Assembly (NCBI GenBank): GCA_905178155.1
Contig: CAJINV010000012.1
Coordinates: 2,825,765 to 2,889,764, forward strand
Direction of reading: 5' to 3'
Length of the DNA: 64,000 nt
Source: Amoebophrya sp. A120
Taxonomy: Eukaryota > Protista > Dinoflagellata
Of the stretch, positions 29,101 through 44,100 are shown in pieces. Positions within the stretch are counted from its first letter, which is position 1, and each line of letters opens with the position of its first letter. The position numbers and the translations under genes are program-made. The notes under the pieces were generated by a model. It did not search any database and was not told the origin of the DNA. It saw nothing but the letters and a program-made list of their open reading frames with translations.

Positions 29101-32100
29101 CAGCAGAACCAGAAGAACTGCTTGACTCGCACGACGAAAACCATGAGCATCATATGGATTGCAAATGTGTCTGGGTCTGGAAGAGCCAAACTTGTAATGC
29201 TGCATTTGGATGCTAAAATTGCGTCCTAAACCCTGCATTTGACTGCTAAAAAAATCTGTATTGCATGAGCAGCAAGAGGAGTCAAATTTGGCTACACGGA
29301 GAGGGCATTTGTCATGCAGGATGCGCATCCATAGGAAGATGTGCATGACAAACTTCACCTCTTCCAGACCCAGACATTTTAAGTACATTTGATACATCAA
29401 CCCCGCTTGCAAATCCGTGACCCGCCACTTCAACTTCTGGGCCTGTCTCGAATCCGGATCCCCGCGGATCTTTTCCCGTTTCGCCAGCCTCGTCGGTTCG
29501 TCTAGGACCAGCAAATCCCGGATTTCCTCGAGTAGAATGTCGTAGTTCCGGCGTTTTGTCTTCGCAGTTTCGATTCTTTCCTTCTCCGCCTTGATCCGTT
29601 TTTCCATGGGAAGTTTCGCCCGCGTCGCCTGCATCTGCAGCTCAAACATCTTTTTGCTGTGCTTCTTCCGCTCCCTCGTTACCGCATTGAATTTCAGCAA
29701 CGCCCGCCAGAGGAACCCGGGCGCACGGTGATGCAGAGCGCACTGGTAAATTAAGTAGTGGAAGAGTCGTGCGATAAAATCTTCGTTGAAAAAGAGGAAT
29801 TTTCGGGTTCCGAAGCAAAATTTTTTCCAAACCAAGTACACCCAGGACGGCTCGAAGTGCTCGACTCTTGCTCCCTGCTCTTCGTCATCAGCTGTGCCTG
29901 CGCCGAAGATTTTTGGAGAGGAGGGACTTGTCCTCGCTGCGGTTGAGCCGGGCGTGGTGCCAGTACCCGGCCCTTTCGTACTGCTGGCCGCGCCAGGGGT
30001 CGTGGTTACCACGTTTGCGAGATTCACATTACCCGTTCCATCTCCTGGCTTAGTCAATCGCAACCCGTGGACCACTTTTTTGAACTTGGACAGAGCAATA
30101 CTCGCCGTCGGGCCACCAGCACCGGAGGGGGTATTGCCGCTGCCATCAGCATCCTCCGCTAGCATCGAAAACGACCGGCCAAAGCTCGCCATGGACCCCC
30201 CGGCCCCAACTCCGCTGATTGTCCCACTCAAATTACTCGCTTTCGACGGGCTGCTCGGTAAAACCGACGCTTGGCTGTTTTTCTCAGCAGCACTCTTATC
30301 CCTTCTCCTGCACACCGTGCAACACAAAACCGGCTTCAACACTTTTCCCCAAAGAATTTCCTTCACGACAACGCTCACGACAAACTGCAAGCCAGTATAT
30401 CAAATGCAAATATGTCTGGGTCTGGGAGGATGGAACTTGTGATGCGTACTGTGGGTCACACAAAAATCTGTGTTGCGAGATCATTTTTTTGACCAACACG
30501 AGCGGGACTTTCTCGCGCAGGATAGGCATCAAAGAGACTTCGCAGAGTCTGTCATGCTAGGTCCTGCATTCCAGACCTCGCGGGGCATGGAGAATATGCA
30601 TGACAAGTCTGCATTCTTCCAGACCCAGAAATTTTTGCATTTGATACAGTATTCACGTACACGAAATCGGTAAATTTGTCCAAATAGCTCACCGTTTTCG
30701 TCCTTGCCGTGTCTAATTCCTTCCCCCCCGGCCCTTCCACCCGCCGGGCGACGGCGGGGACCTCCACGGCCGCGGACAGGAACAAAACGATCCCAATGAT
30801 CCCGCCGATTGTGAAGAGAAAGGGGGTTGTGACGAAAATCACGAAAGATTCGATGTCGGATGGGAAGAGAACCTCTAGCCAGACCATGTAAAAAGGCTTC
30901 TCATACACGTCGTAGTCAAACTGCTTCAACACCTCGACTTTATCAAATGCAAAAATGTCTGGGTCTGTGAGATTTCGAGATTTGTCATGCAGTCTTGTCA
31001 AGCTCCCCCACGTCTGGAATGCAGGGCCTAGTATCACAGGATCTGCAGCTCCTTGGTGATGCGTATTCTGCATGAGAAATGCCCTCTCAGCATGGCCACA
31101 AGTGGGCAACTTTTGCACGTTCGTTCGTTCGTTCTTTGCACGTTCTGCATCACAGATCTTTGTAGGATCCGAAACACGCATCACAAGTTCGGACCCTTCC
31201 AGACCCAGACATTTTTGCATTTGATACACTTCATCCTGAAACAACTTGTCGTTGATCATGAACATGTCGCAGCAACACCGCGCGACGAACTGGTAGCTGG
31301 AGATGTCCTGCTGATTCACGTTGGTTAGTCTCTGCCGGGATTTGTCTTGCAAATAGTCCTTCACCAATTCATTCTCCACCAACGCGTTCTCCCGGTCCTC
31401 CACCGACATCGGACAACAGGTTTTTTGCATAAAACCTAACAACGGGCATATCCTGAGCAAAAATGTACCCACCCCAGAGTTGTCATGCAGATTTGCAGCT
31501 ACAGGAGGATTTGTAATGCGCATACACATGAGAGGCATTTCCAATCACGTTTTGCGCTTTGCAATGCTGTCGACAGGATGAGTAGATGGATTTGTGTTGC
31601 GGCTGTGCTTGCTAAACTGCACTACAATACCTAGAGGAACTTGTCATGCTGGACCCCCAAAACTCCTCGATTTGTGTTGCGAGATCCTCATCTTGACTCT
31701 GGTGTGGGGACGTTTTTACACAGGATAGGGCACATCACCTGCGTCGCGCACGCCGTGTTCGGATATAACGCGACAGTTGCGGCGGAGATGGGGAGGAGAC
31801 ATTCCGTGGAGCCTCTTGCTGCTTGCCTTAAATTCAGCGTCTTGGGACTCGCAGTGCCGACGATCGCGCCGCCAACAGTCTCGGGAACGGTGACGAACGG
31901 ATGGAGGAATTGTAAATTTGTCGCGATTATCAAATGTAAAAATGTCTGGGTGGTCTGGAAACTTGTGATGCTGGGTGGCGTCTCATGATGAGGCTACAAA
32001 TGCTGGCTCAGCATGACAAGTTTCTGAGCTCCTAGGTGTTGCCTATTCTGCATGACAAACTGCGCTTCTGCATCACAGAAAAACGGAGCTCTTGGGTAAC

Positions 32101-35100
32101 GTGCATGACAGATTTAAGAGTCATGCCAGACAAGCATGACAAACATGAACTCTTCCAGACCCAGACATTTTTACAGTTGATAGCGATTTTGTTCCAATTC
32201 AACCGTGCCTGCGTTTCTTGGTTTAACCCAGAAACAAAAAAATTCCGGTTTGCGTTCGAATAGAACAAAGGGTCCAGGGTGACAGAGGGCTCGGCCAGAA
32301 CAGACTTGTAGATCTGGTCGTAGGTCATACCATTGGATGATGATTGTCCATTAGCACTACTAGTGGTTCCTGTGCTCGCCGCCGCCATGACATTCGCGAC
32401 TTGTTCGGATTTCGACTCTTCAGAACTACTACCGCTTATTTGCGTCGTTGAAATACTGCTTCTATCCGAAGATGAACCTTTTTCCTTCGCTTCCGTATCC
32501 GGCAAAATCGCGAGTTTTTGAAAACATTCCGTATTGCTGTTCACCGTCATGTCCAGGTTGCTGAAGACCGCGGGAATCAGAAACGAGTACAGCTCGCTCG
32601 TCTTCAAGTAGTCGTCAAAATCCCGGTTGCGCCACCAGAAGCCGGAATTGGTTGACTCGTCGTATACTTTCCACATCGAATATCCTGAGCAAAAACGTCC
32701 CCACCTCAAAGCTGTAATGCAAATCTGCATGCTGAAAATGTTTCTCATGCGGAGACCCATAAGATGCAGCTCCTATTGGTGTTTTTAGATTTGTTATGCT
32801 CAAATCCGCATGGTGTGCTAGATCTGCGATGCTGCTGCACTAGCTAATCACCACTACACTGCGAGCGCAAATTTGCCATGCGCAACAGCCAAAGCTTGGG
32901 GATTTGTCTAGCAGACTTCCCATCTTGTCCTGATGTGGAGACGTTTTTACTTTTGATATCGAAGTTTCAAACTGAAACCCGTTCCATTTCTGCAGTTCCA
33001 TCCGCTCCGCCTGCGCACAGCAAAACGGCTCGTCGACGTCGATTGCCTGCCTTATTCTCAAGCACTTCACCTCCACCTGCCCCCCCTGGGTATTCCCGGC
33101 CGAGCTTGCAACGGCACTGCTCTCTGCGATCTGGCTACTGCTGACTCCCACTTCGCCCATTTTCGCTTTTTCGTTCGTTGTATCAACTGCAAAAATGTCT
33201 GGGTCTGGAAGAGTGCCTGACTTGTCATGTAGGGTTTCCATGAACCATGCGGTCTGGTATGTAGGACATAGCATGACAGATTCTGTGAGAGTTCTATCAT
33301 GCCTCTCCTGCATGAGAAACTGCCTCTCGATTAGGTCAAAAGTGGCCAGCTTTTGGTAGTCATTTTGTTCGTTGTGGATCGGCTCTGCTGACCGGGTAAC
33401 CCAACGCCTAGCATACAAGTGACCGACTTAGGCGAACCCCTTGGTAGTCATGCAACACAGATTTTTGCACGATTCAGATTTAGCATGACAAGTTGCTTTG
33501 TTCCAGACCCAGACATATTTGCAATCCATACGTTGAGGCAAAAGTCGGGCCGAAATCGATCCCGATCCACTCCTTGTTTGCCAAACACTGGAAAATCAAG
33601 CTTCCGTCCGACTCGCCCAAATCCATCAAAAACGATAAAGACTTGAACAGTCCGCAGTTCGCCAGCCACATGGAGCGCGGGTTTTTGTCGAAGGCGTTTT
33701 CCGGCCGAAACGAACTCGCGAAGAACTTTTGTAGGCCGCCAGAAGCGATCACTCTCGGGTACTCCGGTTTATGTAAGGGCGGAATCCGTTTTTTGGGTAT
33801 GCAATGCAAACATGTCTGGGTCTGGAAACTTGTGATGCTGAGTTGCGCATGATTGAAGCGGTTCAAATGGCAGCCAAGCATGACAAGTCTTTGAAACGCC
33901 TGCTGTTGATACCTAGCACGCATTACAAATTGCGTTTTTGCATGACAAAGAGAGCTTCTCTTTTGCTCCTCATGCAACACAGATTTTCCAGGAATGCAAG
34001 ACACGCATTACAGGTTCCACTTTTCCAAACCCACACATATTTGCATTTGATATTCGGTAAGATCCGACTGTTTCGCTGTTCCCGGATGTCGGAATGGACA
34101 TTATGGGATTCTCAATTGTTACATTCTCATCTGTTACATGAATTTGTGATGCAAGAATTACAACAGGGAGAGGCCGGATCAATCTTGCAACTCTTGCATT
34201 ACAAATTCGGCACAGATTCCCATGCTGTTTAGCCCTTCTAAAATTTTTCATGCGAAGTAGCTTCACCGTGTGGACGTTGATGCTCATGCTGCATGACAAA
34301 TCATGTAACAGTTGAGAATGTAACATTTGAGAGCGCCATAGACATTCGCCGCTTCCTGCACTTCCTTCGAACCGCCGATCCCAATGGCCGCGTAGTAATC
34401 CTCATCCGTTTCGATCTTGAAGTAGTACTTGAAAAGCTTCTTCGCCGTTTCGTCCGGGTCGAATTTGTTATTTTTATCCGTGTTCGCGTTATCATAATCA
34501 TCGAAATACATGCCCCCCTCCGTCGCGGCGGACGTTTCATCCGCCCGTTTCATCTCTTGAAAAGCCTGTGTTCGCTTATCCTCCGAGTAGTAAAACTGCC
34601 GGTTTTCAAACGCGTTGGTGTATCGTAAGGAAAAATCCCTCCTTTCCATATAAAAAAGGCACTTTGTAATGCTGATTTGTGACCACAAATCTTTTTGTCT
34701 TGCAAGAAGGCAATTCTACAGTCTTCGCCGCATTATGCGGACGGTTTGTGATGCTGCTTGGGCTAAAGCATAGACATTTGTGATGCTAAGCGTCCACGTC
34801 AGAAGCTCTGCACTCAGGCACGGCATATGCCTGCAATCCTCTACTGCAAGACAGCTCTGATTTGTGTACGGAAATCCAGCATCAGAAACTTCGTTTTGAT
34901 ATTGGGAGGGGGGATTTTTCCCCTCAATATGGTGATTGTTTCCCTCTGTGCTCCCATCGCTTCAATTCGCAATTCCGACACGTCTTGCGCGGTCCCGAAG
35001 GGCTGGGTGCATTCCACGTCGGAATAGAATTCCAATTCGGAAATCCCGAACGCCCTCTTCCTCTCTAATTTCTGGTTCCTCTTCCTCACCGTGTTCGCTT

Positions 35101-38100
35101 TCGAATCGCAGTTCACGTCGTCCCGTGGCTTCTCGCTGATATCCGCCAATAATTTCGCTTGGTTGAGCAATTTCGCATCCAACGGCGTCTTCTCCAGTTC
35201 CGTATTCCGTTTCGCAACTGCGTGCCTCTCCTCCTGGAGAAACACCAGCCGCCACATGGAGTTCATGGGCCTTGGCCTGGTGTTCCAGCCGTCGCCGCCT
35301 AAATCTTTGTAATACGCGACTTGTTTCCAAAGTTTCTTTTCATTATCATACGTGGAGAGGATCACATCTTTCGCCTGCTCGGAGCGGACGCCCGACTGCC
35401 TCAGTCTGATGCACTTGACGGACACCGCTTGCCCAGCCCGCGAATTCGACAAGGAGGAAAAGCTCGGCTGGAACTTTCTCGTGCCGAAATCGAAGCCAAT
35501 CCAGGGGATGTAGTTCACATCGTACCTTTATCCTAAGCAAAAACGTCCCCACCCCAGAGTTGTCATGCAGATTTGCATCTACAGAAACATTTGTAATGCG
35601 GGTCCCCATGAGAGGCATTTCTTTTCGTGTTTTGGAATTTGTAATGCTGGAAACAGGTCGAGCAGATGGATTTGTGATGCGTTTGTCATTACTAACCTTC
35701 ACTCCCTTGTTACGCACTGCAACTTGTCATGCGTGGCTCCCAAAACTTCTAGATTTGTGTTGCTAAGTTCCCAACTTGACTATGGGGTGGGGACGTTTTT
35801 ACACAGGATAACCTCTCCGCATCGGCTTTCGACGCCGGGGTTTCTTGATTCGATAGATTTTCGTTTGTCCCGGTTGTGTAAATGTTATCAAATGTAAAAG
35901 TGTCTGGGTCTCGACGAATGCAGCTTGTCATGCTAAATCTGAAGCATGCAAAAATCTGTGTTGCATGATTACCAAACGTCGTCCAGTTTTGACCTCCAAG
36001 TCGGGCGGGAGTTTCGCATGCAGGATAGGCATGAGAGAGATCGCACAGAATCTGTCATGCTAGGTCCTGCATTCCAGACCTCATGGGTCATGGAAAAGCT
36101 GCATGACAAATCGCGTACTGTTCCAGACCCAGACATTTTTACACTTGATAAATGTCGTTCCAGGGAGAGGAACTCGCTAACGTCGGGGAGTTGATGTCGA
36201 TCAACTTGTCGATCGGATTCTCGATGAAGCTTTTGCTCAAGTACACTTTGTCATTGTCCTCCGGCCGGATCTGCTTTTTATTCTCCCGGAACGCCTTCCC
36301 GGTGTCCAGCCAGAATTCTTTCGAATCCGTTTCGAGCTCCGTTTTTCCGTCGAAAACGTACTCTGGGAAATTGAAATCGTCGTACCCAGACGCAATGACC
36401 GCCTCGCCGCGGAGTGGCTGGGACTTGCACTCGATATTGTCGTAGAACTCCAATTCATACAACACCCACTTGTCTCCGGTTCCAATGATCTCCGGTGGCG
36501 GCTGAAACCCTCGGTTCGCGAGAGACTGCGCTTCTACGTTTCGCAAAGCCCGGATCCGGTCGAGATCCACGGCGTGGAAAACAGGCTCAACGCGCCACAA
36601 CGTGTGCCTCTCCTCAACGGTGTACCTAGTGAAAGTCCCGGCCTGCATTGGCAGCGACACTTTTATGCATTGCAAAAGTATCGCACTCGTAGAAATGCAT
36701 TACAAATTTCGATTTCCTCAGCATGAGAAATAAAATTTGTAAATGCGGATTTGCCTCAAGAAAAAGATTTGTCATGCAAGACTTGCAATTGCATTTATAC
36801 GAATACGATACTTTTGCACAGGATAACTTTCGCCAGCCGCGGATTCACGCGGATCCACCACGGGAGCTCGACCCTCGCACGTGTTTTCTCCGTTTCGATC
36901 ATGTTCTCGGTGGAATAGTAACCCAAATTGAATTGCTGGATGTAAAAAGAACGCAATTTCGCATACAAATTCGCGTCATCGTCCCGGCTGTAATCGATAT
37001 TCGCGTCGAAATTCACAAATGTCGGTGGCGGGTCGAAGGCGAGAGTGGGTGCTGCTTGCGTTGTCGTCGTGGTTGTCGTTTGAATCCAGGGGTTATGTGG
37101 ATTTTCCGGCAAGGAATAGCTCCCGCCCCCGAACGCAATGTTTCTCCTATCGAAGTTCACGATCTCCGAGTAAACATCAAATAGGTACTTCGTGGAAAAG
37201 ACCTGTCGCCACTCCCGGCCCGATTTCAAGTACTCGAAAACCGCTTCCTGCGCCGCGTATCTTGGGCATTGTTTGATCTTCGTGCAGAGAACATTCTGCG
37301 GACTCGACCCAAAATCCATCCCGATCCACAATTTTCCCAAATTCGTGTGTTTCTTCAGAAATTTCCACTCCGCATTTTCCAGATCAAATTCCGCCATCCT
37401 TTTCGGGTAGCTGTCGGCCCAAAACGTGTGTTCGTTTTCATCGAACGCGAACGCGATGGCGTTTTTGTATTGGAGAATTTTCGTCCGGATCATGGTGTGA
37501 AATTCCTCGACCGTGCTCGGGATCATGGTTTCCGGGCCGATGTACGCCCCCTGGTAGTCGGAGAGGATGCTGTCGTCCACTTTCATGCGGATTTTGTCGT
37601 TATTGGACAGCTTCTTCTCGTTCGCGAGCCTAGTGTGGTAAAACCAAAGGTTTTCCGGCACAAAGCTCATCGCCTGCGCGGACTGAATCCCGTTGAAGTG
37701 GTGCTTGTTGAGTAACGATTTCGACTCAAACGCCGTCGCTGGGTTGATCAGAGTCGCGGGGGTCAAGGTGGAAATCGGTTTTTTGTCTGGGTAGAAATCT
37801 TTCAGCTTTTCCTCACTTTTATCAAATGTAAAAATGTCTGGGTCTGGAAGAATGCATGTTTGTCATGCTTGTCTGGCATGACTCTGAAATCTGTCATGGA
37901 CGTTACCCAAGAGCGCAACTTTTCTGTCATGCAGAAACGCAGTTTGTCATGCAGAATAGGCAACACCTAAAAGCTCAGAAACTTCTCATGCTGAGCCAGC
38001 ACTTGTGGCCTCCGCATGATACGCCACCCAGCATCACCAGTTTCCAGACCCAGACATTTTTGCATTTGATAACTTGCCAACTCTAATGACATGTCGATCA

Positions 38101-41100
38101 AGTCCTCTGGGTGCAAATACCCAGACGCAATCGGGTGGTTGTATCACAGGAAAAAAATGTTACAGTTACACACTTGTTGGAACTTCAGCATCACAAAGCT
38201 GCTCTGCATGGCAAAGAAAACCTGTAATGCGCAGACTATAAGGGAAAACACAAACGAAATGACGCTGGCAAGCATTTCCTGCATAACACAGGTTGTCTGT
38301 CTTGCTTGTCTTGCGTCAGAGTGTGTAACTGTAACACTTTTTTCTTGCGATAGGTTGTTCAGAAAATCAAGAGCGATCCGGGAGTTCGGGCTGCAGTAGC
38401 GGTCGGTGAAAAATTCCAGCTCTAAAACGCACCAAGTGACAAGACTCGGATCCAGCGCTTATCCTGAGGAAAAACGTCCCCACCCAAGAGTTGTCATGCT
38501 AAACAAAATGCGACCCAAGAGTTGTCATGCAAATGTGCAATGTTGACAGTGCAACGTTTGTAATGCGCATATCTTCCATGAGAGTCACTTCCAATCTTGT
38601 TTTGGACGGTGTCATGCTGTAAACAGGATGAGAAGACGGCTTTGTCATGCGGCTTCCCTTGCCAACCACCACTACACTGCAGATGGACTCTTGTCATGCA
38701 CAACTCCCAAAGCTTTGGGGATTTGTGTTGCAGATCTACCAACTTGACTATTGGCTGGGGACATTTTTGCTCAGGATAGCGCTCGCATCCGCCATTGCGT
38801 CCCGGTAAACCCGGGTCTGGTGTGGAAGCTCCCGCCCCCAACGCCGTAGAAGGTGCCGAAACCGGTGTAGGTGTCGATGGGTTCTTCAAACAGGTCGAGA
38901 GTCGTTTGCGAGGATGTGGAATTGGTTGATTCTTGCAGGTTGCGAATATTAAACTTGTCATGCGCGGCCAGTGGAGGTCCTCTCCAGTGCCGTTCCGTGT
39001 CTTCAAGGGACGAGCGAGCTGGCGCGCTGCCCGTAAAATACGACTGAAACAGGTTCCGTACGTTCGATTGGTACGGCTTCCCGAAAATGTTCGACGCATA
39101 CGCAAATACGTTCAACTCCCGGTATCTCGCCCCGTCGAAGTATTCTAGCTTGTAGCTGTTCACCTGATGTCTCATTGCCGGAGATTGGTACAGCTGCACG
39201 CACCTCACCACGTCCTCGTTCGCGACGTCGACTTGGTTGAACGTCGCATTTTGGTTGACCAACAGATTCCGGACCCGGCTTTTCACCGCCCCGCTTTCGC
39301 TGTTTTCGTGAAAAACCACAGACTTGTACACCCCAATCCAGGTCCGCGATTCTAAAGAACACGGTCGGTAGAACAAATCGGCCCGTTCGTTGTTGCCCTC
39401 CCCGATCAGGAAGTTATCGCAGTCCGATTCCCAGTACGTGTTCTCATCTTCATCAAACGCATGAACTGCAAATATGTCTGGGTCTGGGAGATTGCGAGAT
39501 TTGCCATGCTGGTCTGGCTTGACTCCGAGCTCTGTATTGCGTGCCCGCGAAGAGCTCCTCTTGTTTGTCATGCAGAAATGCAGTTTCTCATGCGGAGTGC
39601 GCAACTCTTAACCACAGAAAAACTTGTCATGCTGGGGAGCGCATTACACTGTGCTCACCATTCCCTTCCTTGCATTACAAGTTTCCAGACCCAGACATAT
39701 GCGCAATGCATAAAACGCGCCGAAGGCGGAAAACGGGTTGTTCTCCGGCGGTTCGTCGGCGTAGCCGAGCCGGGCTTCGAGTATTACAGCGAAAAATGCC
39801 CCCACCCCCAAAGTTGGAAAAATAAAATTTGTGATGCGAAGTTTCCAAATGAAAACTTTTTGCCATGCATGTAAGGAGTATGAATCTTTCTGATGCAGAG
39901 TCTAGGCGTGTATCGCATCGCCTGCATGACAAGCGCCACTCTTGCTGGGGTCTTTTGGAATACAAATTCTTCCTATTCACGATGGGAAACCTGTGATGCT
40001 GATAGATGCAAGAGGGCAGATGTTTCATTTGGAAAGGTTTGCAATACAAAGCTCCGAAGTTCGGGGAGGGGGGCACTTTTCATTGTTATATCGAGTTCTA
40101 GTAGTTTTTGTGGGTTGAAAGCATACCGACGTGTGAACAGCGCGGAAGAACTGGCGAGCGGCTCCCCCTTTCGCATGGAATAATACCTAGCCTGTTTCTT
40201 CCCATTGAAGTCGCCCTGCATGGAGTCCACGAGGCGCACGCGATCCGCCGGGTCGCCGAAGGTCTGGTACGGATTGATGTAAGCTTGGAGATTGCGGGAT
40301 TTTTTATTTTCGACTTGTTCAGTTACTGGTGCTGGTGGATGCTCGCGCGGGCTCGTGGTCCTCGCTGGAGGAGTTTCATCATCGTCAGGAGCGACCGCTG
40401 ATGTTTCATTCAGCAGGCTAATGCTATCATCTTGTGCGGTCCCCGCGGCCTTGTCGCGTGCTAACAAGACCGATTCATGATTGCTAGTGTGGTTCTTCAA
40501 CGTGGTCCCCTTTTGTTCATCCAAGAGCACCCGTCTAGAAGTACTTCCACCTAAATCCCCCGCGTTCGGCGGCACCAGAGTATATACCGCCGGCGCATTC
40601 GGAAAGGCCCTGACCATCGCAATGTTCCCGGTGTGCCCCCCGCCGTAGAAAATTTCCACGTTTTCCACTTCTTTTACTAAATCGATTGCACCGAAGATGT
40701 TTTTCCCTTCTTCAAAAACCGTTTGGTACTTCCGTTCCGCGAGAACCTTTTTCAGTTCCGACTCCACGATCATCGGATTCATCTGCAACCCGGTGTAATT
40801 GACCTCCCTTCCCGTCGCGATCGTTTGCGCAGAGTCCGTGATATTCCTTAAATACGGGAAGTCGAATTCTAGCCATTGTTTCTGCACCGATTTCTCGTAG
40901 TCCCGCATTTCCTTCTCATAAACCTTTTCCTTCTCCGTCTTCACGATAGTATCAATGGTTGCAGCGGTTGGTAAAGTGATCCCGCCCCATTCAGATGTGG
41001 AACTGTCAGAATCGAAATTGACAAAATCGAAAAATTTGCGATGCATAAAACCGATACCAGTTGGAGCCTCAGTTTCCAAGTGGCGCATGACAAGTTTCGG

Positions 41101-44100
41101 GAGCACCCAAATCCAGTCTGTCATGCTCTTTGCGCAAAGAAGACTGCCCCTGTCATGCTACTCTGGCAGCACATTGTATACCCCTAAACAGGCTCACAAT
41201 TGGGCTCATTTGCCCGCTCCGCAATACAGGCCTTCAGTGCCCTACATTTTATGCATCACAAGTTATTTCAACTTTGTCGATTTCGATCCTGACACATCCA
41301 TATCAGATCCCCCGTAGTTGATCCGTTCGCCGAGGTTTTCATTCAACTCTCTCGACTGTTTTGTGTATCGTAGATTGTTATCCACTGCAAAAGTATCGTA
41401 CTCGTATGAATTGCAGTCATGCATGACAGATCTGGCTTCCAAGCGAATTCAGCATTAGAAATTTCATTTTTGCTTCTGGAAAAATTTGTCATGCTATTTC
41501 TACTAATACGATACTTTTGCAATGCATAGTTGTCCATGAAGACCTTTTTCGAACAGGAGGAATCGGAATAGAAACCGAGCTCGTGAACCCGCCAACGGTC
41601 AATCATGTCCTCGTTATTCACGATCCGGACCATCTGCATGGGCGAAGCTGGCCGCTTGTTCCAGGTGCCGACGCCGAGGTCGAAGAAGGTGAAGCCGATT
41701 TCCCACTTGTTCGCCTTGCCCTATGAAATGCAAATATGTCTGGGTCTGGAAACTTGTGGTGCTGAAGTGTGGATGACTGAAATACTTCCCAATGCAGCCA
41801 AGCATGACAAGTTTGCCGCACACTTTCTCATGCGCAGTCTGCATGAGAAACTGCGCTTTTGTATGACAAAAGAAGGCGCCTTTTTGCTAGTCCTGCTGCA
41901 ACACAGACTTTACAGGAATGCAGGACTACCATTACAAGTTCCATGCTTCCAGACCCAGACATATTTGCAGTGCATATGCCCCAATAATCCACGATCACCG
42001 CCCGACTGGACCGGTCATACGCGCCGGATTGGAGGATCCGAACGCATTTCACGTCGGTGAATACTTCGTGATAGTTCAAGCCCAGTTCCAGATAGCCGCG
42101 GTTATTGCACGGGTCGAAATCTTGCGACAGTTCCGAGCAGTTCCCGACCCACGCCGTGTTCATGAATCCGTCAAATGCGTGCTGGTTGCACTTCGATTTC
42201 TTCAACACCTCGCAATTGTACCGCCTGCCGTCCTGATTCTCCCCCCTATTGCTGTCGATCGCAGACGCACCGTACACCGTTTTCAACAGCGGGTTCTGAT
42301 ACGGGTCGGAGCAGTCGTTTCTCAAGTAGAATTCCAATTCCTGGATTTCCCACAATTTCACCTGGTCCCCGTTTCGGATTCGCCAAACTGATTTTTCCAT
42401 GGGGTAATACACCGCCCAATATGAATTGCAAAAGTATAGTACTCGCATAAATGCATTACAAACTTCCTCAGCATGAGAAATGAAATTTGTAATGCAGATC
42501 TGCCTTGGGAACAAGATTTGTCATGCAAGACTTGCATTTGTACGAGTGCGATACTTTTGCACTGGATACCCACTTGTTCGCGACGATGTTCTCGATAGAG
42601 ACACCGGCACTCACCCACTTCAAACCGTCGTAGTACTGGAGGTGAACTCCGGTGGAATGAATGTAAAATGGGTCCGCATTCCCGAGCTCCGGATTCGTGA
42701 TCAGCTTGAAACACTTTACGTCGGTGTACTGGCCAAGAAAATCAATCCCCAGAAACGCCCAGTCCCGCGTGCACTTCAGGAGATTTAAAAACGGCGTATA
42801 TGCATTGCAAATATGTCTGGGTCTGGAAGAGTGCCGGACTTGTCATGCAGATTTTCCATGACCCATGAGGTCTGGCATGTAGGACATAGCATGACAGATT
42901 CTGTAAGATCTTTCTATTCTAATGCCTACCCTGCATGAGAAACTGCCTCTCGATTAGGTCAAAAGTGGACCACTTTTGGCAATCATGCAACACAGTTTTT
43001 TGCCTGACTCAGATTTAGCATGACAAGCTGCCATCTTCCAGACCCAGACCTATTTGCATTTGATAGCGTACACCCCCGCACCATGTCCGTTTGCATGTAC
43101 TTCTGTTGCTGGTCCTTGCCGGGCAAAGCTTTATGGATTGCAAATATGTCTGGCTCTGGGTCTGCAAACTTGGCATGCTGAAAGTGAATGATAGACGCAC
43201 GGCACTGCAATACGCAGCCCTGCATGACAAATTTTTTGGCTGCCATGTCTTACGTCTTCCGCATGGCAAATTGCGTTTTTGCATGACAGGCAAGGGGGCT
43301 TTTTCGTGCCTATGCAACACAGATTCTCGAGTCATGCCAAACAAGCATGACAAACTTGCATTCTTCCAGACCCAAACACTTCTACAATCCATAAGCCCTA
43401 TACCCAGTCAATTCGTCCACGTCAAACGCCGCGCCCCAGGAGTTCCGGTCACAGGTCTGGATTAAATCGCATTTATAATCCAACAACGGCATGGAGCCGA
43501 AAGCCGCGCCATTGATGTCCGGCTTCAATTTCTTCAAAGGGCCAAACACGTGCCGGGAGTATCAAATGCAAAAATGTCTGGGTCTGGAAGATTCTGAGAT
43601 TTGTCATTGTCATGCATGTTATTTTGCATGACCCAGGATGTCTGTAATGCACGACCCAGCATCGCAGATTTTTAGGGGGCTTCCTGATGCCTACTCCGCA
43701 TGACAAACGCCCTCCCCGCGTGGCACAATCTAGACTCCTCTTGCTGGTCATGAACTACAGATTTTTTTAGATTCCAAAGTTAGCATCACAAGTTCCAACC
43801 CTTCCGGACCCAGACATTTTTACAGTTGATAGGGAGCACACGGTGTCGAAATGGAATTCCAACTCCGACACCTCCCACCCGTGCCCCGTGTATAACCTGC
43901 TCAGGTGTGACAATCTCAAAAGTTACATATAGAATCTAAAACTTGTGTTGCAAAATGCGCAACATCTGGCCTACTCCCACAGGATTGCGCATGACAAATC
44001 TCGGAGCCCCAAACCGCACTTGAATTATCTGGCGAAATTTGTATTGCGGAAAGTAGAATGCTCTGCGATTCTGTCATGAACATCATGTATTAGACAAATT

